This document shows, in pieces, positions 1-4,812 of a DNA stretch of 4,812 bases. The first letter of the stretch is position 1, and every line of letters begins with the position of its first letter. Both the position numbers and the translations under genes were made by a program. The notes under the pieces are model-generated. The model saw nothing but the letters and a program-made list of their open reading frames with translations, was not told where the DNA came from and made no database searches. Origin of the DNA: Bdellovibrionota bacterium FG-2 (lineage in GTDB: Bacteria > Bdellovibrionota > UBA1018). The DNA lies in the NCBI GenBank assembly GCA_051382305.1, contig JBBCAV010000373.1:1-4812 (forward strand). Reading direction: 5' to 3'.

Positions 1-439
1 AATCACACTTTTTTGCAGATGAATGAAAAGACGTCTGAATTACCGATTCAAGAAGCAAGGTGTGTTAGTGCGATGTGACTGACACCAAGTTCGAGCAAAC
101 TCCTGCCAAACAGCGTGAGCCCTAACAAGATATTCTTGAGGGGGGCACGATGGACAGCGGATTGTTTTCGCAGCCGGACATATATCGAAGGTTGGTGTGC
201 CTAAGTGGATCTTTGATGTTTAGGAAAAGGCTAACGAGGGGGGCGTTAAAAGTGTAACGCTATGCGAAAAGTTACCCCAGATGCCGCCTCTTTTTTGATT
301 TGAATTTGCCGGTTGTGAAACGGTGAGCACACCTGCTGATGCGTCTGAATCTAGTCGTTTCTAGATAAAAATATCTTGCACAACCTGCTCGCTCAATAGA
401 TCATCGTGAGGAATAAAGGATTTTGTTCTCACAACGACA

Positions 440-444
440 AGGAG
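440..444 (+). promoter_or_regulatory. Shine-Dalgarno site for the ParA gene
   Basis: AGGAG at 440-444, 7 nt before the ATG at 452. Confidence 0.7.
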
Positions 445-451
445 AGATAAG

Positions 452-1564
452 ATGGATTTTCACGGTTACAGCTCGATGGATCTGCACTGCCTCTTTCGAA
501 TGGAGGAACGCTTCAAGTCGCAACAGGTTCTCGCTAACGCTGAGAGCCGAGGAGATATTCCAAAAGCAACACGCCTTGCTAGAGGAAAAAAAGAGATCCG
601 CAAATGGACAACCGAGCAGCTTCCCGAAATCGGAAAGCGGTTCGGATTTATTCCAAACAGAAAGATGCCACAGCAAGTCATTTCGGTTTTTACCCAAAAG
701 GGCGGAACTCTTAAGACAACACTTTCTCATGCATTCGCACGGGTATTAGCTCTTCACGGAATCCGCGTTGTGGTTGTTGGTCTCGACATTCAAGGGTCAA
801 TAACTAAGACCATGCTCCCTCCCCCGACAAACATGGACACGCTGGCTGATATTCTTGCGTACAATAAAGCGATCAAGGGTCTTTACCACTTCTTTAATCA
901 GCCCGAAAAATCAAGACGCATTGAAGACGTTATTCATCGGACCGACCTCCCTACTCTCGATATAATTCCAGAGACCCCACAGCTCAACGATCTCATCTTG
1001 TTAATTAACCAAAAGACGCTTCGAGAGTTCCGTTTCCGGGACGACTTACTACCGTACCTCAGCAACTATGATGTAGTCCTTTTTGACAACGGACCGAGCT
1101 GGAATTCTCTAGTTGAGAACTCGCTCGCTTGCTCAACTACACTGATCCAGCCCGTGGGCTGCGACGTGGGAACGTTTCAAGTACTTGACGGCAATATGGC
1201 ACAAGTCGAAGATTTTCGCGTAAAAGCAAAGATCACTTGGGATAGTCAACTCTTGGTCCCGACCCTTCGCGAAAACACGAAGCTCTCACAACAAATTTTA
1301 GGTGCCTATATTGCTCAATATCCAGCTCGCCAACTGCTCACAAATACCATTAGAAAGAGCGTAGCTGGCCAGGAAGCCCTCTATTTGAACCGTTCGGCTT
1401 TAGAACATGATCCGCGTTCAGACCTTTCAGATGATTACGCAAATGTAGTTCGAGAGATTTGGGACCGCATTTATTCAACTGAGGCGCAGAAGCACACAAC
1501 ACAGGAAGTGACCGCACCCAGCTCTTTGCGGCACCCATTTACTGAAAGTGTTGCGCAGGTTTAA
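452..1564 (+). CDS. parA: ParA/Soj-family partition ATPase with N-terminal extension (type Ia-like, probable HTH)
   Basis: 370 aa. Deviant Walker A VISVFTQKGGTLKTT (K83-T90), A' box VVVGLDIQGS, LDIIP motif and Walker B YDVVLFDNGPS. About 70 aa precede the ATPase fold (…LANAESRGDIPKATR…RKWTTEQL) and resemble the MerR-like/HTH extension of plasmid ParA/SopA/RepA proteins. Good RBS. Confidence 0.92.
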   Translation: MDFHGYSSMDLHCLFRMEERFKSQQVLANAESRGDIPKATRLARGKKEIRKWTTEQLPEIGKRFGFIPNRKMPQQVISVFTQKGGTLKTTLSHAFARVLALHGIRVVVVGLDIQGSITKTMLPPPTNMDTLADILAYNKAIKGLYHFFNQPEKSRRIEDVIHRTDLPTLDIIPETPQLNDLILLINQKTLREFRFRDDLLPYLSNYDVVLFDNGPSWNSLVENSLACSTTLIQPVGCDVGTFQVLDGNMAQVEDFRVKAKITWDSQLLVPTLRENTKLSQQILGAYIAQYPARQLLTNTIRKSVAGQEALYLNRSALEHDPRSDLSDDYANVVREIWDRIYSTEAQKHTTQEVTAPSSLRHPFTESVAQV

Positions 1565-1567
1565 TTT

Positions 1568-2956
1568 ATGGCACTGCAAGGAAACCCATTTTTAGGAAAG
1601 CTTAAGATCCCCGCCCCGGATCTAAGTCGCATTCCTGAAACACCATTTGAAAGCAAATCTTCCAACTTGGAAACCCCACTTCCCCTGATTGTTACCGCCC
1701 CCAAGGAAGAGCAGCATAAAGATGCCGGCACTAACCACATAGCCACCCCCAATAAACGGGTAGCAAACGGGTATCAAACAGATAGCAAAGAGGTAGCTAA
1801 ACGGGTAGCAAACGGGTATCAAACAGATAGCAAAGAGGTAGCTGCCTCAAGTATTCATCATCATCCTTTGTCGGAGGAAAAACTAAAACAGGTAGCACAA
1901 CGGGTAGCAGAACAGATAGCAAATGGAGAGCAAACGGGTAGCAAAGAGGTAGCTAGCGCAACTTTTGAGACCCTTGTTGGCAAGGAGCGCGGATTGCTCC
2001 TTTTTATCATCGAAGATTGCCAGCTTAACGGCGACTTAAAAACGGCACCACTTACTCTTGAACGCATCAGCGAAGCACTGGTTTGCAGCTCTAATCGCTC
2101 AAAAAACGTTATTCAGCGCCTTATAGAAAAGTCTTTTATCCATCGCGCAGAAGCCAAAACGGGCCGAGGTGGATGGACACGTTTTGGTGTCTCAAAAGAG
2201 ATCTTTCAAAAGGTCTTACTGAGAGAAACGGGTAGCAAAGGGGTAGCAAACGGGCATCAATCGGGTAGCAAAGAGGTAGCTAATCAGGTAGCACAACGGG
2301 TAGCAGGCGGCCCTAGTAGTAGTAGTGTTCTAATTAAAGAAGATTTTAAAACTACTACTACTGGCGAATCAGAACTTCTAGAAACCACAGGAACCCAGTT
2401 AACACCTGAGTGGCTGACTGTGGATTACTCCGATCTTTCTGAAATTGGATTTACTCAAACCCACCTAGTCCAAATTATCCGGCAAGGGAAACTCCAACCT
2501 GCTGAAGTCCAAGACTCTATTTATTACTTTGCGTTCGATCTTAAGCGGAATGAAAAGGGGAAAAACCTCAATGGACCCCCCATTAATTTTTTTATGGGGA
2601 TTCTTCGGAGAGGAGGACCGTATACACCGCCTGATAATTACGAGAGTTCGGCAGATGAAGCTCGCCGAAAGACCCGAGAGTTCAAAGAGCGCAAGGAGCG
2701 CGAGCGACAAGATGAAGATCAAAAATTGATGACTCTCGAATTTGCAGAGTGGAGAAGGGGGCTTTCAGCCGCCGAAATTATCGGTCTATTACCTGAACAC
2801 GCGCGGAAACCAGGACAAGTCCAAGAATCAGTATTAAAAATTCATTTTGAAGAAAACGTTTGGCCGGAGCGCGCGCAAGAGCTTTTGGGGATGACCAAGC
2901 TTGATCGCGACGAAGTTTCACGCCAGATCGATCAGTCACTAGGGGAAAAACTCTAA
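1568..2956 (+). CDS. Winged-helix DNA-binding protein, putative replication initiator with intragenic iterons
   Basis: 462-aa ORF starting 3 nt after the parA stop. aa ~132-219 read like a wHTH (LVGKERGLLLFII…LTLERISEALVCSSNRSKNVIQRLIEKSFIHRAEAKTGRGGWTRF). This is flanked by repeat-encoded segments, then an SSSS…KTTTT linker and a helical C-terminal region. The ORF itself is well supported; the initiator function is inferred from architecture (lambda O/RepC-like internal origin). Confidence 0.65.
   Translation: MALQGNPFLGKLKIPAPDLSRIPETPFESKSSNLETPLPLIVTAPKEEQHKDAGTNHIATPNKRVANGYQTDSKEVAKRVANGYQTDSKEVAASSIHHHPLSEEKLKQVAQRVAEQIANGEQTGSKEVASATFETLVGKERGLLLFIIEDCQLNGDLKTAPLTLERISEALVCSSNRSKNVIQRLIEKSFIHRAEAKTGRGGWTRFGVSKEIFQKVLLRETGSKGVANGHQSGSKEVANQVAQRVAGGPSSSSVLIKEDFKTTTTGESELLETTGTQLTPEWLTVDYSDLSEIGFTQTHLVQIIRQGKLQPAEVQDSIYYFAFDLKRNEKGKNLNGPPINFFMGILRRGGPYTPPDNYESSADEARRKTREFKERKERERQDEDQKLMTLEFAEWRRGLSAAEIIGLLPEHARKPGQVQESVLKIHFEENVWPERAQELLGMTKLDRDEVSRQIDQSLGEKL
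1754..1842 (+). repeat. 11-bp direct-repeat array A (8 units; perfect 45-bp tandem duplication)
   Basis: Units aaacgggtagc, aaacgggtatc, aaacagatagc, aaagaggtagc (1754-1797), a 1-nt T spacer, then the same four units (1799-1842). 1753-1797 is identical to 1798-1842. Confidence 0.97.
1886..1953 (+). repeat. 11-bp direct-repeat array B (6 units)
   Basis: aaacaggtagc 1886, (a) caacgggtagc 1898, (a) gaacagatagc 1910, aaatggagagc 1921, aaacgggtagc 1932, aaagaggtagc 1943. Confidence 0.95.
2226..2304 (+). repeat. 11-bp direct-repeat array C (7 units)
   Basis: aaacgggtagc 2226, aaaggggtagc 2237, aaacgggcatc 2248, aatcgggtagc 2259, aaagaggtagc 2270, (t) aatcaggtagc 2282, (a) caacgggtagc 2294. Confidence 0.95.
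2315..2362. repeat. 12-bp perfect inverted repeat around an AT-rich spacer (candidate DNA-unwinding element)
   Basis: AGTAGTAGTAGT (2315-2326) and ACTACTACTACT (2351-2362) are reverse complements. The 24-bp spacer has 20/24 A+T and the element starts 10 bp after array C. Confidence 0.85.
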
Positions 2957-2975
2957 AAAAACAAAACCAACTGAC

Positions 2976-3010
2976 GCTATCGCAGCGATTATAGCTATTA
3001 AAAGAAAGGA
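2976..3010 (+). promoter_or_regulatory. Palindromes and RBS upstream of the TA pair (possible operator)
   Basis: ATCGC-A-GCGAT (2979-2989) and ATAGCTAT (2991-2998) palindromes, then purine-rich AAGAAAGGA (3002-3010) before the ATG at 3016. The operator role is inferred from typical type II TA autoregulation. Confidence 0.4.
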
Positions 3011-3015
3011 AGATT

Positions 3016-3264
3016 ATGAAACCACAAGACGAAAATTTGACCGCTTTAGAGGGCAGAATAACGACTGATACAGCGTTATGCGGTGGCCGCCCATGTATTC
3101 GAGGGATGAGGATTCGTGTCTCGGACGTATTAGATTTGATGGCTTCGGGATTGAACGCTCAGCAGGTTCTCGAAGAGCTTCCTAATCTCACAGAAGAAGA
3201 CGTGCAGGCCTGCCTTGCCTATGCTTCACGAAGAGTAGATCATCCAACGGTGCAGGTAGCATGA
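3016..3264 (+). CDS. DUF433-family putative antitoxin (VapB45-like)
   Basis: 82 aa with the typical DUF433 pattern RITTDTALCGGRPCIRGMRIRVSDVLDLMASG…EELPNLTEEDVQACLAYA. Its stop overlaps the next start (ATGA, 3261-3264). Confidence 0.92.
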   Translation: MKPQDENLTALEGRITTDTALCGGRPCIRGMRIRVSDVLDLMASGLNAQQVLEELPNLTEEDVQACLAYASRRVDHPTVQVA

Positions 3265-3608
3265 TTTTTTGGGTCGACGAGCAGATATCTCCGAAATTTG
3301 CCGGATGGCTCACTCAACAGTTTCAAGTTGAAGCCCATTCGGTGGGGACTCTGGGGTATTCCAGTACCGGGGATGATGAAATTTTCAAAAAAGCGCGTGA
3401 TGCTAAAGCAGTCGTGATCACCAAAGATCGCGATTTCCGCGAGATGGTTTTGCAACAAGGGGCGCCTCCGCAAGTGATTTGGGTGACATGCGGGAATACA
3501 TCTACCGCGCGACTTCAGGTTGTTTTCGCGAAAGCTTTTCCGCTGGCGCTTGAACTTTTAAGGGGTGGAGAAGTATTGGTTGAGGTAACGGATTCCCCCG
3601 TACGATAA
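3261..3608 (+). CDS. DUF5615-family PIN-like putative toxin (VapC45-like)
   Basis: 115 aa with PIN-like acidic motifs MIFWVDEQIS, GDDEIF, VVITKDRDF and the PPQVIWVTCGNTS motif. It is translationally coupled to the DUF433 gene, its usual partner. Confidence 0.9.
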   Translation: MIFWVDEQISPKFAGWLTQQFQVEAHSVGTLGYSSTGDDEIFKKARDAKAVVITKDRDFREMVLQQGAPPQVIWVTCGNTSTARLQVVFAKAFPLALELLRGGEVLVEVTDSPVR

Positions 3609-3613
3609 ACTTT

Positions 3614-4237
3614 ATGAATGTTGCGACCTATTCGCGCGTAAGCACAACAAAACGCGATCAGAAACCTGAAATTCAAGTCCAAGAGCTTCGGCGCTATTGC
3701 AAGGCGCGAGGGTTTAAAGTCGTTCATGAGATCACTGACCGTGCTCGCGGCGGAACCGATGACCGCCCAGGATTAAAACAACTTCTTCAACTCGTCCGCG
3801 CGCGGGAGGTGGACGCCGTTATAGTCGTAAAAATGGACCGCCTTTTTCGCTCCCTCAAACACTTGGTTAATACGCTTTCAGAATTCGAAGCCTTGGGGGT
3901 TAAGTTCATCGCGACACGCGACCAGGTAGACCTCACCACCCCCGCCGGCAGACTCTTCATGCAAATTTTGGGAAGCCTCGGAGAGTTTGAGCGCGAGCTA
4001 ATCCGTGAGCGGATTATGCTGGGCCTTGAGTATGCGAAAAGCCGCGGCAAAAAACTCGGGCGTCCTAAGAAAAATGATTACGCAGAAGTCCAAAAACTAA
4101 GAGAGCAGGGGAAGAGCTACCAGCAGATTGAAAAGGCGTTAAAGCTTTCTTCCGGCTCTGTTTGGCGCGCTATTCAGGCGACCCCCAAAAAACGGCTTTC
4201 TAAAAAGCCCCAAGACGCGCGATCAGCGAACCCGTAA
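3614..4237 (+). CDS. Small serine recombinase (resolvase/invertase family) with C-terminal HTH
   Basis: 207 aa. Catalytic YSRVST motif, RPGLKQLL, VVKMDRLFRS, E-helix FERELIRERIMLGL, LGRP linker and HTH (GKSYQQIEKALKLSSGSVWRAI). It starts 5 nt after the toxin stop. Confidence 0.95.
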   Translation: MNVATYSRVSTTKRDQKPEIQVQELRRYCKARGFKVVHEITDRARGGTDDRPGLKQLLQLVRAREVDAVIVVKMDRLFRSLKHLVNTLSEFEALGVKFIATRDQVDLTTPAGRLFMQILGSLGEFERELIRERIMLGLEYAKSRGKKLGRPKKNDYAEVQKLREQGKSYQQIEKALKLSSGSVWRAIQATPKKRLSKKPQDARSANP

Positions 4238-4272
4238 GGGGTAGGGGTACCCGCAAATCCTATCAAAAAAGC

Positions 4273-4315
4273 AAAACCCCAGATCATCGCTAGTCCCGAT
4301 GAATCTGGGGTTTTT
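4273..4315. terminator. Long hairpin, probable (bidirectional) intrinsic terminator; may alternatively be a recombinase binding site
   Basis: AAAACCCCAGAT-CATCG (4273-4289), 7-nt loop, CGATG-a-ATCTGGGGTTTT (4297-4314). This gives a 17-bp stem with one bulge, a T-run on the 3' side and an A-run on the 5' side, 35 nt after the resolvase stop. Confidence 0.55.
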
Positions 4316-4812
4316 AAAACTCAGAAGTGACCACCCCGAAATCAAATGTTTCCGGGGCGGGAAACGGTTTTGTACGAATCGTTGCTATGCCCATGTATAG
4401 GGTCGGGTCCGAAAAAGTTTCATTATGGTTGCGTTCGAGTGTTTCTTTTTAGGTTTCGTGTTGATCGTTTATCCTATCGGGAATGCAACAGCGGCTCGAT
4501 GATGGCAAGGTGAGCTGCAAGCCGTGGTGAAAAGGAAAGAGGGCGAAGCGATAAGATGGAAAGCGTGAAGTGAGAAGGGTTGCGAGATAAAGTGTGCGGA
4601 GATTTTGAAGAAGATGTTATGTTTTGAGTTTGGCTTTTGTTCTGTTTAGGTTTCTTGTTTTGGTTAAGGTTGTTTGAGCTTGTAGGTCGGGTAATTTATT
4701 GGGAGGCAAGCAGGGGATGGGATATCTCCCCACCCTAAAAGACATGGTTTGCTGCGCCCCCCATACCCCCTCTGACGGACCTGCGGCCCGTTGGAAAACC
4801 GGGAAAGGGTGA

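Larger units (their letters stand above)
452..4360 (+). mobile_element. Plasmid/episome backbone module (partition + putative replication + addiction + multimer resolution)
   Basis: Five co-oriented, tightly packed genes (gaps 3, 59, -4, 5 nt) whose recognisable functions are all typical of low-copy replicon maintenance. No element boundaries are visible, so free versus integrated state is unknown. Confidence 0.7.

Noticed and set aside
1..240. Possible gene end or RNA gene at the left edge
   Set aside because: No ORF in the track, no tRNA or rRNA-like structure and no recognisable motif; needs upstream sequence.
376..404. Sigma70 promoter for parA (TTGCAC-N17-GATCAT)
   Set aside because: The -10 element is too weak to call from sequence alone.
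401..749. ORFs 401-730 (-), 423-749 (+) and 466-681 (-)
   Set aside because: They overlap the well-supported parA gene in other frames or strands and show no recognisable motifs.
1354..1365. Isolated iteron-like AAAGAGCGTAGC in parA (similarly CAGGTAGC at 3253-3260 and AACCACATAGC at 1733-1743)
   Set aside because: Single, degenerate or gapped matches that are compatible with chance; not counted among the 21 units.
2135..2143. TTATCCATC as a DnaA box
   Set aside because: Two mismatches to TTATCCACA and a single copy; not convincing.
1754..2304. Repeat arrays as a CRISPR array or as a protein tandem-repeat domain
   Set aside because: Units are 11 bp and abut with 0-1 nt between them, with no unique spacers and no cas genes. 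The period is not a multiple of 3, so the repeat is not primarily a peptide repeat.
1350..2729. Short ORFs 1350-1538, 1561-1752, 1622-1822, 1861-2067, 2465-2722 (-) and 2529-2729 (+)
   Set aside because: Shadow frames of parA and the 462-aa gene. Their repetitive peptides just mirror the DNA repeats.
3240..4050. Minus-strand ORFs 3240-3473, 3515-3727 and 3787-4050
   Set aside because: Antisense to clearly recognisable toxin and recombinase genes, with no independent support.

Overview
A compact, all + strand replication/stability module of a probable plasmid, phage-plasmid or similar episome. It carries a divergent type Ia-like ParA ATPase (452-1564) followed 3 nt later by a 462-aa winged-helix protein (1568-2956). 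Then come a DUF433/DUF5615(PIN-like) toxin-antitoxin pair (3016-3608) and a small serine resolvase/invertase (3614-4237), followed by inverted repeats and a non-coding, strongly skewed tail. The standout is the 462-aa gene. It contains 21 copies of an 11-bp DNA repeat (consensus AAACGGGTAGC) in three arrays flanking the wHTH-coding segment, and the last array is followed by a 12-bp inverted repeat around an AT-rich spacer. The repeat's TAG is mutated, or shifted by a 1-nt spacer, only where it would be an in-frame stop, which argues for DNA-level selection inside a real ORF. The best interpretation (inference) is a replication initiator with an intragenic iteron origin, paired with ParA with no ParB in the window. 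It may be a two-gene replication/partition system. Family calls come from motif recognition only; no database search was run and the host cannot be determined.
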